Shown here: positions 1 to 10,234 of the stretch, in pieces
How the letters are laid out: every line of letters begins with the position of its first letter
Numbering within the stretch: the stretch's first letter is position 1
Source of the DNA: Candidatus Omnitrophota bacterium
Lineage (GTDB): Bacteria; Omnitrophota; Omnitrophia; Omnitrophales; Aquincolibacteriaceae
Assembly (NCBI GenBank): GCA_903820505.1
Contig: CAIJHQ010000045.1
Span: 79,625 to 143,624, forward strand
Length of the DNA: 64,000 nt
Reading direction: 5' to 3'
Made by a program: the position numbers and the translations under genes
Notes under the pieces: model-generated
Told to the model about the DNA's origin: nothing
The model's input: only the letters and a program-made list of their open reading frames with translations
Databases searched by the model: none

Positions 1-1787
1 CTGACACTTTTCGTAAAAATAAATTTGGAATATTCACGGCCTTCGATCGCCTGCCGCAAAAACACGATCAACTCTTCGGCCGTCACCTTGATCCCCTGCT
101 CCCGCAACAAGGCCCCCAGGACTTTCATCTGACCGGAGCTGAATGAAAATCCCTTACCCTTCTTCGGTGCATCCTGCGGCGGGACATCGGAAAAATAAAG
201 CTCATACCCCTCGCGGTAGCTCGGTGAAAGGATGTCGTAGGTCCCCGGCCGGAGATGACCGTATCGCTCGAGAAATGCCTCTTTGGAAAGCTCCCGGCGG
301 TCACTGGCCATCCGCTTGGTCACGGTGTCCAGAGATGCCATAAAATCGTCAAATTCGCCCGAACTGATCAATCCGGTCTTGACCATCGAACGCAGGAACT
401 GAACGGCAATAAAGCCCGCGCGCGCCAAACCGGCGAACGGCAGCGTCCCGTAACGGCAGCAATCCTCGACCAGCCAATAGATCTTCTCGATCGGGTTGAG
501 TCCCGAGCCCAAAACTTTCCGCTGCCGCTCCTTGAGCTCCTCGATCCTGCGCAGATCGTTCGTCATGATCCCGTTGTGCCGGGTCAAAATATTATTGGTC
601 AATTGGACCAACGCATCCTTGATCTTTTGGAGGTCCCGGTCCGAAAAACCATACCCTTTAAGCTTTTTCAGGTCCTCATCAAGCCCCAGGAAAAAACACG
701 AGAAAATAATGTCAAATTCGACCTTATCATGACTGCTGGGAGACGCATGGAGGCGCCCCAGGTAATAATCCGCTAAACGTGCCGCCAGATCTTCGTCGAT
801 ACCCTTCGGAATGAATGAATTAAAACTCACTCGGACATCGATATACGGGTGGCCGATCAAGGTGAGCAGCAGCGGGTAGGATCGCACATTGCGGTAACCA
901 TAGTCATCGCGCTGATAAGACCAGGTTTTATCCGTGATGAGCTCTTTATAGAGCGACAAGGCAAGCGGTCGCGGCTTAACGCCGATCATCTCGGCCGGGT
1001 TCCAATCCGGCATCACCCCCAGATACGTCCTGCTCCCGTGCAGATACGGGTGCGGCGCATTGATGTGATCGACCTTCATGTGGATCTTGTGCAGATAATG
1101 CCCCACCATGAAAGTCTTCGGGAGTTCCCGTCCCCCGCGAACGATGGCCCTGACCTGGAGAATATGGACCTGGCCGGACCCGTCGATCGCAAACTCGATA
1201 TCCAGGCAGTCGTTCTTGCAGACTTCCTCGACCTCCCGGATGGCCTCCATAAGTTTTTCGAATTTCCCGAATTTCGTTTTAAAATTGCGGAACTTGATGA
1301 AGGTCTTAAGTTTATTGGACCTTCCCGAAGTGACACTGTCGGTCCGGGCGGATTCCTCATCGTAATTGATGATGTAGTAAGGCGCCAGAGTATCCAGATC
1401 ACGGGTGAACACCACGCCGCTCATCCGGACATCCCGGACCATGGGCTGAAGGAAAACCTGGTTCCCCCCCGCCGCTTTCACACCGTAGGAACACACCACG
1501 GCATCGATCGAACGCCGCAGGGCGTCCCGGTCCGAGATCAAGACCCCGGCCACCGACATGAACTTGCCGGCATTCGAGCCCGTCAAAAGATCTTCGTCCA
1601 GCGAGGAAGATCGGACAATGAACGCCCCGTTGCTCCCCTTGAAAGAATCCTCAATGCAGCGAAGGCAGGCGTCTTCGCCGGCCGACCATTCGGCGACCGT
1701 AAATCTGCAAATAGGCAGCACGCGCGATTTCTTGAGCAGCGGCCGGATCTGTTCCAGCGTCTCCGCTTTGGTCCCTAATTCAATCAT
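1..1787 (-). CDS. PEP-utilising enzyme family protein (PPDK_N nucleotide-binding domain; PEP synthase/pyruvate,water dikinase-like). The 3' end is cut by the window edge.
   Basis: The minus-strand reading frame is open from the ATG at ~1787 to position 1. It is absent from the ORF track because there is no stop inside the window. The translation contains IVRSSSLDEDLLTGSNAGKFMSVAGV, which matches the VRSSA-x-EDlp-SFAGQ-x-T-x-LNV signature of the PPDK_N ATP-grasp domain. Plus-strand ORFs 255..776 and 849..1778 are antisense to it. Confidence 0.7.
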   Translation of the reverse strand, partial: MIELGTKAETLEQIRPLLKKSRVLPICRFTVAEWSAGEDACLRCIEDSFKGSNGAFIVRSSSLDEDLLTGSNAGKFMSVAGVLISDRDALRRSIDAVVCSYGVKAAGGNQVFLQPMVRDVRMSGVVFTRDLDTLAPYYIINYDEESARTDSVTSGRSNKLKTFIKFRNFKTKFGKFEKLMEAIREVEEVCKNDCLDIEFAIDGSGQVHILQVRAIVRGGRELPKTFMVGHYLHKIHMKVDHINAPHPYLHGSRTYLGVMPDWNPAEMIGVKPRPLALSLYKELITDKTWSYQRDDYGYRNVRSYPLLLTLIGHPYIDVRVSFNSFIPKGIDEDLAARLADYYLGRLHASPSSHDKVEFDIIFSCFFLGLDEDLKKLKGYGFSDRDLQKIKDALVQLTNNILTRHNGIMTNDLRRIEELKERQRKVLGSGLNPIEKIYWLVEDCCRYGTLPFAGLARAGFIAVQFLRSMVKTGLISSGEFDDFMASLDTVTKRMASDRRELSKEAFLERYGHLRPGTYDILSPSYREGYELYFSDVPPQDAPKKGKGFSFSSGQMKVLGALLREQGIKVTAEELIVFLRQAIEGREYSKFIFTKSV

Positions 1788-1877
1788 GTTTCATAGCCTT
1801 TGCCATAAAAAAGTATCATCAGGCGATTAGGTTAATCCCGACCGTCAGCAAAATCAAACAAAAACCCGCCTGTCAGA

Positions 1878-3659
1878 TCAAAGGATCGCGTAGATCGCGT
1901 ACTCGTATCGCGGATCCGCCGGGGCAACACCGCGATAGATCGCCTTGAAATATTTGGTATCGCGGACAAGATTGCGGATGTTACGGTCCGAAAGGGCGCC
2001 CTTTGGGTCCACGGGACCGGCAATCAGTACGTGCGTGACTCCCTGCAGTTTTATAAAGGCGATCGCGTCCGCCGCGGTCGTAAAACGCGTATCGTAACGG
2101 GTCTTCGCGCGAAACTCCGGCTCACGGATCAGGACACGATCAAAATAAAACCCTCGGACCTCATAGGCGTTCAGGATTATCGCTTTCCGCGGCAGGTTCG
2201 CGTTCACGAACCGGGACGCCGGATAAGACCTCTCCACGCGGGACAAATAGTCCGCCTCCGACTCAAGTCCCAACGCCGCTCCATACCCGTCCCTTCCATG
2301 ATAAAAGGCCGCTCCCAGATCAAGAAAAAGTGCCAAAAAGAACAGCCCTCTTACGAACCGGGACGCCCATTTCCCCAGCTCTGGCCGGGATATACAAAAA
2401 CCGATCGGCACCACCCAAAGAGCACACGCCGGAAAAAGAAACCGGAGGTTCTGCCGCGGTAGAAAAAGCCAGAGGACCAGGTAGATCGCAGAAAAAAAGA
2501 GCAGATTGTTAACAGTCTTCGGACGGTTCCGGATCAAAAAGACGCCCGGCAGGAACGCGAGATAAAGAACGCCGACCCGCGCCCACATACCCCCAAAATG
2601 CGCCGGATCCATGGTCATGAACCACGGAGTCAACCAAGGAACCATCCCCTGGATCTTCTTGGCCTGATAACCTTTTTCCCCGAAATAAAGAAAACTCCCC
2701 TCATACGCGTAGGACCGGAAATACCAGACACAGCCGATGAGGAACGCGACCAACGCAAAAACTGCCAAAGCCGAAACCGAACTTTTCAGTGAAATGCGCC
2801 TGCTGACCCATTCGAGGAATAAACCAAGTGATATTGCGATCGCCGCAAACGCGGCAAGATACTTGACCCCGAGAGCAAAACCCAGAAATGCGCCGGACAG
2901 CACGGCCCAACGGATCTCGTGATGTTCACTCCACCGGATCGCGGCAAAAAAACTGAAAAAGAGAAAAAAGGTAAGGGCAATATCGTTGTAGGCGATGGTC
3001 ATCTGATTGAAAACGCCGGGAGTCAGCCAAAAAACCAGCGAAGCGATCCCGACCCAGGACCTGGGCAAACACCTTTTCTCGATCGCCAGAATACCAAGGA
3101 CCGTCCCCAAGGCGGTCATGAGATGAAAAAGGTTCGCCATCCGGGTACCGTCCCACATGACCGAAAGGACATAGAACTGATTCAGCAATAAGGGAAAAAC
3201 CGAATTGACCCCGTACGGTACGTAATAGATGCAACCCGCCAGCGCGAACCGTTTGGGGATATCCAAGTGATACGCCAACGCATCATGGGCGGTAGAAGGG
3301 ATCAGGGCCTGGACCACGGCTAAAAGGAACAAGATCACCAGCGCCGTCGCATAAGGCGTAAACCAGGTGGCGCGGGCGATAACCCTCCTCACCAGGGAAA
3401 GCATCCTCGGAGAATAGAAAAAAACCGGCAGTGATAAGACGAGGAACGATCCGTAGAGAGCAAGGGTATGAAATCCGCCGCAATAGCCGACGGCAAAAAT
3501 GATCAGCCCGATCGTTCCGAAACCAAGACAGAACGCGAAGGCGAACCGTTCGGTCAAAGAATCAAAAAAGAATTCCGCGCGCGTAAGGATCCGGTCTCCC
3601 CAAAAAGCGGACACCAGCGAGACCCAGGCCACAAGCAGGAGAGAAACGATCTGCGCCAT
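1878..3659 (-). CDS. Polytopic membrane protein, putative GT-C-fold glycosyltransferase with a C-terminal soluble domain.
   Basis: 593 aa with more than 10 predicted TM helices, followed by a ~150 aa soluble C-terminus. It lacks the clear DE motif of GT39, so the family assignment is weak. Its position directly downstream of a GT2 polyprenyl-P-sugar synthase suggests a donor-acceptor pair. Confidence 0.45.
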   Translation of the reverse strand: MAQIVSLLLVAWVSLVSAFWGDRILTRAEFFFDSLTERFAFAFCLGFGTIGLIIFAVGYCGGFHTLALYGSFLVLSLPVFFYSPRMLSLVRRVIARATWFTPYATALVILFLLAVVQALIPSTAHDALAYHLDIPKRFALAGCIYYVPYGVNSVFPLLLNQFYVLSVMWDGTRMANLFHLMTALGTVLGILAIEKRCLPRSWVGIASLVFWLTPGVFNQMTIAYNDIALTFFLFFSFFAAIRWSEHHEIRWAVLSGAFLGFALGVKYLAAFAAIAISLGLFLEWVSRRISLKSSVSALAVFALVAFLIGCVWYFRSYAYEGSFLYFGEKGYQAKKIQGMVPWLTPWFMTMDPAHFGGMWARVGVLYLAFLPGVFLIRNRPKTVNNLLFFSAIYLVLWLFLPRQNLRFLFPACALWVVPIGFCISRPELGKWASRFVRGLFFLALFLDLGAAFYHGRDGYGAALGLESEADYLSRVERSYPASRFVNANLPRKAIILNAYEVRGFYFDRVLIREPEFRAKTRYDTRFTTAADAIAFIKLQGVTHVLIAGPVDPKGALSDRNIRNLVRDTKYFKAIYRGVAPADPRYEYAIYAIL

Positions 3660-3789
3660 GATGTCAACCCGCCCTATGCATTACGAGAGAAACAAAATAA
3701 GCTCCGAACACCGCCAAAACCCACAGAAACCAGAGCCCTTTGAGAACGGTTGCGATCAGCGAGGAGCGGTCAGGACTGGCCACGGTCCG

Positions 3790-4515
3790 TTATCCGGTCA
3801 TTCTGAAACGGTTTTTCTGAAAACGAAACCACCAAACCTTCAGGAGGGCCTCGAATACAATGTGGCGTGAGATCTTCGAGTCGCCGGCTTTGCGGTCCGT
3901 GAACAGGATGGGAGTTTCGATGATCTTGAAACCTTTTTGGAGAGCGCGGTATTTCATTTCGATCTGGAAGCAGTATCCGTCCGAATGAATGTTGTCCAGG
4001 TCGATCGTCTCCAGCACCTTGCGACGGTAGCAGATATACCCCGCGGTCATATCATTCACCGATACGCCGAGGATGATCTTGCTGTAAAGGCTCGCCATCT
4101 GGCTTAAGAGGACCCGGTAAACCGGCCAATTGACGATCTTCCCTCCCCGCATCCAACGGGAACCCACAACGATATCGCAATTTTTGATCTTTTCGAAAAA
4201 AACCGGCAAATAACGCGGACGATGCGATAGGTCGGCGTCCATTTCCATGAACAGATCGTAATCACGCGCAAGTCCCCATTGGAACCCTGCCAGATAGGCC
4301 GGCCCAAGCCCCTGCTTTCCAGGACGCCGGAGCAGGTGAATACGCGGATTCTTCCGTGCGAACGACCCAACAAGGTCCCCCGTGCCGTCAGGAGAATTAT
4401 CATCGACGACAAGCACCTCGATGCCCGGATCCACGTTCATCAGGCGCCCAAGCAGCCGTTCGACGTTATCTGCTTCATTGTAAGTCGGTATAACGATCAG
4501 CGTTTTCATGGTCAT
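3790..4515 (-). CDS. GT2 polyprenyl-phosphate sugar synthase (DPM1/ArnC-like).
   Basis: Begins MTMKTLIVIPTYNEADNV and contains VVDDNSPDGT and a DAD motif. This is the typical dolichol-P-mannose synthase-like GT-A architecture, ~240 aa with no TM tail. Its ATG overlaps the stop of the upstream GT-C gene (ATGA at 4512-4515). Confidence 0.8.
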   Translation of the reverse strand: MTMKTLIVIPTYNEADNVERLLGRLMNVDPGIEVLVVDDNSPDGTGDLVGSFARKNPRIHLLRRPGKQGLGPAYLAGFQWGLARDYDLFMEMDADLSHRPRYLPVFFEKIKNCDIVVGSRWMRGGKIVNWPVYRVLLSQMASLYSKIILGVSVNDMTAGYICYRRKVLETIDLDNIHSDGYCFQIEMKYRALQKGFKIIETPILFTDRKAGDSKISRHIVFEALLKVWWFRFQKNRFRMTG

Positions 4516-5993
4516 TTCTCTTCAAGGCGGAAGATCAGAAATGATCTGTCCGGGATCGCGACGGGTTTAAAATGCGAACGGACATAGTCCGAAAATTTTG
4601 TGGAGGCATAATACTCGGAGGGTCCGGAAATAACAAGAAATTTAGCCCCGTCCCTCCTTAACTTCTCAAGCCAGAAAATGGGATCGCCATAACCTTCCTG
4701 GAACAGCTGTTGGTGCCGCGCCTGCTTGATAAGATGCCGCCCCCCGGCTTTGGACATTCCAAGATCAAACGACCAGCCTTTCCTGTGACAATAATAAAGG
4801 AGCCCGGCACTGGGCCCGTATTGAACGATCACCACATCCTCCGGCCGTGATATCTGCTGGACAACGGAGCCGATGCGCGGCATATTGCGCTCCACCTCTG
4901 AAAACCGCGATGCCGGCGGAAGGTAATAACGCATCGCAAGCAAAATAAAGGCCCCGCAAAACAATAGTTTCACGGTGAGTCCCCAACGATCCCACAAAAG
5001 TCCCAGGAGTGACGTGATCAGGATGGCCACGGCCGGCGCCCCACAGAGTAGATAAAAAGGATGGTCCATGACCTTCTGAGGCAGAATAAGGATCAGGCTG
5101 AGGCTCCCCCACGCCCAGACCAGCAAAGCGACAGGTTCTTTCTTCAAACGGAACAAGCTGATCAACGCGAATGGAAAAAGAATCGGTGTGCACCAGTAAG
5201 TCCCGAGGATGCTTAAGATCCTCTTATAGAAATCAAAGGACTTGAACAGGGACGTGATCAAAAAGCGGCCCTCTCCGGACTGCGTAAAGAGACTTGTCTG
5301 GACATGCGCAGCGTCGTGAAATTGCAGCACATGCATCCAAAAAACCCACGCGGCGACAGGGATGGCAGCGCCGATCAAAAAAACAAACGTCGTACGAAAT
5401 GAAAATTTTTCACGGTTGATCCAGATCAAAAAAGCCGGCAGCGCGATCCCAAAATGGATGCGTGCCGTCAAGGCGAGCGAGAACACTAAGCCGCTCAGGA
5501 GGATCTTCGCCAACACGGCGGAATCCAGCAGCCAAAAGGAGAGCATTAAGAAAAAAAGAGCGGCCGCTTCATTCTGGAACGTGATCCCCGACAAAAGCAC
5601 CATCGGGAAAAAGGAAAAAAAGAATACGGTGAGGAGCGCTTTTTTTTCTGTCAAAAAACGCCGGGCGATCGGAAAGAGTAAGATCGTCGCCCCAAAGACA
5701 AAGATCCCGGCCTGGAACCTCCCCCACCACGGGATGCCGCCGCCCAGCAGGGTATTCGAAAGAAACGCGACCAGAGAACCGAACGGATAATACAGCAGGT
5801 GAAGCCCGGGAGCTCCATTGACCAGGATAAAGGTCCGCGGAATAAAAAGATCCGCGACAGAACCTCCGCCCATCATTTCCGCCATCATGGCATTAACGGC
5901 CTGATAACTCCCGAAATAACCTCCGAGCGGATTGGAAAAGGCCGGACACTTCATCATCAATGTAACGAGCGCGATTCCTAAGGAAATAAGCAT
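4512..5993 (-). CDS. GT-C glycosyltransferase, ArnT/PMT_2 (GT39/GT83)-like.
   Basis: 493 aa polytopic protein. The segment WGRFQAGIFVFGATILLFPIARRFL resembles the conserved ArnT/PMT_2 helix (aRlpsal-fg-l-vlllyllarrl). Stop overlaps the downstream GT2 start. Confidence 0.65.
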   Translation of the reverse strand: MLISLGIALVTLMMKCPAFSNPLGGYFGSYQAVNAMMAEMMGGGSVADLFIPRTFILVNGAPGLHLLYYPFGSLVAFLSNTLLGGGIPWWGRFQAGIFVFGATILLFPIARRFLTEKKALLTVFFFSFFPMVLLSGITFQNEAAALFFLMLSFWLLDSAVLAKILLSGLVFSLALTARIHFGIALPAFLIWINREKFSFRTTFVFLIGAAIPVAAWVFWMHVLQFHDAAHVQTSLFTQSGEGRFLITSLFKSFDFYKRILSILGTYWCTPILFPFALISLFRLKKEPVALLVWAWGSLSLILILPQKVMDHPFYLLCGAPAVAILITSLLGLLWDRWGLTVKLLFCGAFILLAMRYYLPPASRFSEVERNMPRIGSVVQQISRPEDVVIVQYGPSAGLLYYCHRKGWSFDLGMSKAGGRHLIKQARHQQLFQEGYGDPIFWLEKLRRDGAKFLVISGPSEYYASTKFSDYVRSHFKPVAIPDRSFLIFRLEEK

Positions 5994-5994
5994 C

Positions 5995-6876
5995 TTATAC
6001 TTTCTTGGCGACCATGATCGAACGGTTCTGAAGTCCCAATATCCGCGCGATCCCGAACAAAACCCGCAGGGCCAGGCGTGTCAGGAACGCGAATTTATAC
6101 CGCGCAAGATCGGTTTCTGTCTTCCAGTATTTAACGGCCGCAAAGCTGTTCCGCTCCAGAAGGCCTTTCAAGCCTCTTCCTGAAAAATAGCTCGTATGCT
6201 CAAGAACATACCACTGGGCTGCGGGTCCCCGAACTTTTCCGAAACTCAGCTTATAAAAAAGTGTCGCGAGGATCGATATCAGATTGGGATCGTACGGGAT
6301 GGCGACCAGAAGGCAGCCTCCCGGTTTTAGAAGCTCATGACATTTTGCGAGCAATTTCCCGGGGTCCTGAGGATGCTCGATCACGTCCCACAGCACAACA
6401 ACGTCAAAGCGACGCTGACTCGAATAGCGGAATACATTTTCCGCGATCCCCTCGATACCCCTTGACCGGGTTTTCTCGATGTTTTCCGTGCTGGAATCAA
6501 TACCAAAAACATTCCATCCTCGCGACTTTGCAAAAAATAAAAAATCCCCGGTACCACAGCCGATCTCGCATAAGTCACGCCCCGCGACACTTTTTCCCGC
6601 CTCGGTCAGAGCCCTGTCGTAATCCCGGGCCGTTTGGCTCGTGGATCTCAGCGGCTCATATTCATAGTATTGCTCGAGAGCCTTATTGATCTCACTGATC
6701 GAATCCGAGTTCTGATAGATCTCGATCTGAGATTTTTCATCCAGAGAAGGATCAAGATATTTGACCCCGCAGTCGCAAACGTAAACGGAAAAGCGCTCCA
6801 GTTTGATAAGCGGCTTCCCCATACGGCGCGTTTTGCATGCGGGACACTGGTTTTTCTCGGCAAACATTATGGCCAT
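5995..6876 (-). CDS. Class I SAM-dependent methyltransferase with an N-terminal zinc-ribbon.
   Basis: N-terminus has CPACK-x16-CDC (Cys4 ribbon). SAM motif I is LCEIGCGTGDF and the post-I acidic residue is in GIDSS. Sits 1 nt from the upstream GT-C gene. Confidence 0.75.
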   Translation of the reverse strand: MAIMFAEKNQCPACKTRRMGKPLIKLERFSVYVCDCGVKYLDPSLDEKSQIEIYQNSDSISEINKALEQYYEYEPLRSTSQTARDYDRALTEAGKSVAGRDLCEIGCGTGDFLFFAKSRGWNVFGIDSSTENIEKTRSRGIEGIAENVFRYSSQRRFDVVVLWDVIEHPQDPGKLLAKCHELLKPGGCLLVAIPYDPNLISILATLFYKLSFGKVRGPAAQWYVLEHTSYFSGRGLKGLLERNSFAAVKYWKTETDLARYKFAFLTRLALRVLFGIARILGLQNRSIMVAKKV

Positions 6877-6936
6877 GACAGAACCCCACGAAGACGAGCA
6901 TGGAACCTAGCTGCCCGGCAAAATGAAGACCCTGAT

Positions 6937-9315
6937 CTAGCTGTGTTCATTTGATCTTCCTCTTTTGATATCGTAAATGCTAAGCAAAAAAATCCCCGCA
7001 AAAAAGACAAGAGAGTAAGGGAGGACCGTCCGCCATAGCGGTTGAAAGCTAAAATCGACCCGGTAACTCCCCGCCCGGGGTATCAAGATCGCCCGAAAAC
7101 ACCCGTTCGCCCGGTAGATCGGGGTTGAGATCCCGTTGATCACAGCCTTCCAGCCCGGATAAAAAAGATCGCTCATCACAAGAAAGCCGGCCGCCGGCGC
7201 AGAAAGCGACAGCGCGACCCGGTCACCCGAATCTTCCGTGACTACGGCTTCCTTGAACAACGCGTGATTCCGCAGGTTCTGGAGCGTGGGATCTTCAAGA
7301 TAAACTTCCCTGCCAAGATCCGGCTCTCCGCGTTTCAAAGCCGAATTAAATTCGGCCCGGGATCTCGAGACGGCCCGGGAGACATAAAATGCCCGCGGAA
7401 GGGCTCGCGAATTCAATAAAAGCACGTGATCCGGAGCTTCTTCGAAGGTAGTCCACGCCGGCAAATCCAGTTTCCGGCTCGACAAAAGCCAACGTACCGA
7501 TAAAAAATCCAGGAGCGGTTTTTGCGCCCGCAAGGCCTGAAGGTCAGGAAGCACGGCTCGCTGGGAATCGTTGACATCGCCAAGACCCGCCATCAGATCG
7601 AAATAATCTTTCGGAAGAAGCGGCGAATATCCGCCCAGGACCGGCATGCCGTAGAGCATGTTATTGTGCGGCATAATAGGCAGCGCATCCGCGGAAGGCA
7701 GGTCAGAATAAAAACGGTGCAGACGTCCCTGGACGGGATCGTTCTTGATCGCGGCAATAATCGGAGAACCGGGCCGCAGGAACGATCTGGGTTCTAAATT
7801 ACCTTTGACCGTTGTAAAACCATAGGCATAAAGATTCGCAAAGATCAGGATACCGGCTGCCCAATAATAGCGTTGTTTCCAATTCCTCTCACCAAGGAAC
7901 AACCGTCGTACGACAAGGAGCGTGACCAGCATGAAAAGAATGAAGATCAGGTTGAACGGCTCACAGGGCTCGCTGATCCTCAGAGCCGCCGTAAAAAAAC
8001 CATGCACTTTCCCGGTGTAGACTTCGAACGAATGGGGGTGTATCGCGGAACCAATATAATGGCTCCGGACATATTCCAGCGCGATCCCCTTGATCGGCTT
8101 CTCGAACCAGAGCAGGCAGTGGCGAATCAGCGGCAATAAAAGAATGGCCAATGCGGTCAGAACACCCCATAGAGTCCAGGAACGGCGCGCTTCCGGTGAC
8201 GGTAATTTCCCGATCCCGAACGAGCACAGCACCGCGCCAAAACATCCGGCAAAGTACAGGAACTTCGACGGCGTCCGGAAACTGCCGAATCCGGTCCATT
8301 TGATCAGGTAATAATAGAGCGGATTGTACTTCCCAAGAGCGAGCAGCAAGCTGAGCACAAGAAGCGCCAGGATCACTTTTTCATGCCAGGATTTTTTTGT
8401 CAGAATGGCGTGGATCAAGAAGAAGAGCCCCAGGGCCGAGAAATACAGCTCCGCCTTGAGGACCCCGTCCCAATGCGGGAAAAAAAGGGTCCAAAGCGCA
8501 AGCGGATTGACCGAGCCCAAAAAAGCGAAGTCAACCGGGTAATAATAGCGGTTGGAAAGTTTTGCGAGTTCCCAGGTGGAACCCAGTTGCGGTAGCGCCA
8601 TCAGACCCGAAGCCAGCAGCACAAGACCGTAAGAAAATAAATTCTTCAAAACGAATGGGGCCCGCCTTGGCCCCTGGCCGTCCTTGAAAAGGCGAATCAA
8701 AAAATATACGGAAGAGAAAAGCACAGAATAAACTGCATACTGCAGGTATCCGGCCGTAAACTGAAAAGCATAAATGACCGCCAAAAATCCAAGGTAGCCC
8801 GGCCTGTTTTTTTTAAAGAACTTCTCGATCAGGAAAAGCGCCAGCGGGAACCAGACGAGAGTTTTCAGCGAAATGATATTGTAATAGTAGCCGCCTTCCG
8901 CCGTACCGAAAAGGTAGATGAGCGTACCAAGAATGGCCGCTTCCGTTTTTACACCGATCTCACGGACGAACAGATAAAAGAAACAGGCCGCGATGAAGAA
9001 ATGGAACAGAATGCCATAGGAATAGGCCACATCGAACGGCAGGAACTTATAAAAGACCCAGTTAACGATATAAAGGGCCCCCACCTGCCCTTCCGCCAGC
9101 AAAGGGAATCCTGTCGCAAAAAGGCTCGTCCACCATGGCAGCTGCCCGTGAGCGAGGGCCGCGCTGTAAAAAAAAGCCCATGGGTAATGCTGCTGCCGGT
9201 GGTCCCCGCTGTAAAAGCCGGTACTCAACGTCAGCGTCTCCGCGAAGAACAGCATAACCGCGGCGGCAAAGATCAGGAATGGCGCGTATTTTTTAAGCGC
9301 GTTCGACACCGGCAC
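6937..9315 (-). CDS. YfhO-family GT-C membrane glycosyltransferase.
   Basis: 792 aa with many TM helices. The N-terminal motif SGDHRQQHYPWAFFYSAALAHGQLPWWTSLFATGFPLLAEGQ matches the YfhO D-x3-Q-x2-P-W-GxxPxW signature. Apparent GTG start. Overlaps the upstream flippase-like gene by ~23 nt. Confidence 0.75.
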   Translation of the reverse strand: MPVSNALKKYAPFLIFAAAVMLFFAETLTLSTGFYSGDHRQQHYPWAFFYSAALAHGQLPWWTSLFATGFPLLAEGQVGALYIVNWVFYKFLPFDVAYSYGILFHFFIAACFFYLFVREIGVKTEAAILGTLIYLFGTAEGGYYYNIISLKTLVWFPLALFLIEKFFKKNRPGYLGFLAVIYAFQFTAGYLQYAVYSVLFSSVYFLIRLFKDGQGPRRAPFVLKNLFSYGLVLLASGLMALPQLGSTWELAKLSNRYYYPVDFAFLGSVNPLALWTLFFPHWDGVLKAELYFSALGLFFLIHAILTKKSWHEKVILALLVLSLLLALGKYNPLYYYLIKWTGFGSFRTPSKFLYFAGCFGAVLCSFGIGKLPSPEARRSWTLWGVLTALAILLLPLIRHCLLWFEKPIKGIALEYVRSHYIGSAIHPHSFEVYTGKVHGFFTAALRISEPCEPFNLIFILFMLVTLLVVRRLFLGERNWKQRYYWAAGILIFANLYAYGFTTVKGNLEPRSFLRPGSPIIAAIKNDPVQGRLHRFYSDLPSADALPIMPHNNMLYGMPVLGGYSPLLPKDYFDLMAGLGDVNDSQRAVLPDLQALRAQKPLLDFLSVRWLLSSRKLDLPAWTTFEEAPDHVLLLNSRALPRAFYVSRAVSRSRAEFNSALKRGEPDLGREVYLEDPTLQNLRNHALFKEAVVTEDSGDRVALSLSAPAAGFLVMSDLFYPGWKAVINGISTPIYRANGCFRAILIPRAGSYRVDFSFQPLWRTVLPYSLVFFAGIFLLSIYDIKRGRSNEHS

Positions 9316-10234
9316 GCCCCATCACAAGGTATTGGTTAAGAAATGGCAACCCGAGAATTCCGGGGACAAGATAGCGCAAGGTGGCAAAGAGCCCGATAAA
9401 AGCCATCTGTCCCGCCGGGGCATACGGAGCGAACAGAACGATCATGGCCGCATCCCGGGACCCGATCCCCGCGACCGTCATAGGGATCATCCCCACGAAG
9501 ATCGCCATGGGCACAAGCCCGAAAACATGGGCCCAGGCCACGTTCGCATGGATCGCCTGGAAAACAAGATAGAACTGAATGAGGTGCAGGAGCCAGAGAA
9601 AAAGCGAGACGCCCCAGATCGTCACCAGAAATTCCGGGTCGCGCTTGATCTCATTAAGATAATCCTGTGCATCGTGGAGAAAGCGCCGCAACTTTTCGGT
9701 GAATTTGTTGCCGCCCAGGGCGGTCAGCGCCCATTTTTGATCGAAATTCAAGAAATAGATCACGGGAAAGACCCCGATGACCAAGAGGGCGAACCCGGCA
9801 ATGATCAAAGCCGTCTTAGAAAAACTCGCGGCGCCCAGCGCCCCGATCAGGGCCATCGTGCTCAACGACGCGGTGTCCACGTAGCGCTCAAAGATCACCA
9901 CGTTCGTGGCCCGCTTGAGGTCGGTCCCCCATTTGCTCTTCAAAAAAACGGCCTTGCTCAGATCCCCCATTTTGGACGGGAGAAAAACATTCAGGGAAGA
10001 CGCCGCGAGGACAAGCTTGGTGGATTCCCAGAGCGTGATCCCGGCTTTTTTTTGGATCAAGAACTTCCATCGCCAAGCGGGGATCACGATCAGTGGAAAG
10101 AACATAGCGAGCGCGAGAAAGAATGTTCCTTTATCAAGGCGGACGACGTACTCGCGGAAGGCACGAAGATCGATCCGGGTGAAAATGACCGCCAAAATAA
10201 GAACCGTAAAAGCAAAGGCCAGAAGACGCTTCAT
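9293..10234 (-). CDS. UPF0104 / LPG_synthase_TM family membrane protein (flippase-like domain).
   Basis: The ORF track starts at 10378, but the likely start is the internal ATG at 10234 (MKRLLAFAF...). That ATG overlaps the stop of the upstream gene (ATGA). Signature RW-KFL ... NVFLPSKMGDLSKAVFLK is typical of the MprF-flippase-like UPF0104 family. About 8 TM helices. Confidence 0.7.
   Translation of the reverse strand: MKRLLAFAFTVLILAVIFTRIDLRAFREYVVRLDKGTFFLALAMFFPLIVIPAWRWKFLIQKKAGITLWESTKLVLAASSLNVFLPSKMGDLSKAVFLKSKWGTDLKRATNVVIFERYVDTASLSTMALIGALGAASFSKTALIIAGFALLVIGVFPVIYFLNFDQKWALTALGGNKFTEKLRRFLHDAQDYLNEIKRDPEFLVTIWGVSLFLWLLHLIQFYLVFQAIHANVAWAHVFGLVPMAIFVGMIPMTVAGIGSRDAAMIVLFAPYAPAGQMAFIGLFATLRYLVPGILGLPFLNQYLVMGRAGVERA

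Noticed and set aside
255-1778. Plus-strand ORFs 255..776 and 849..1778, of 173 and 309 aa.
   Set aside because: Their translations are R/D/H/P/G-rich with no motifs. They lie antisense to a minus-strand frame that carries a clear PPDK_N domain. They are typical GC-rich antisense artefacts.
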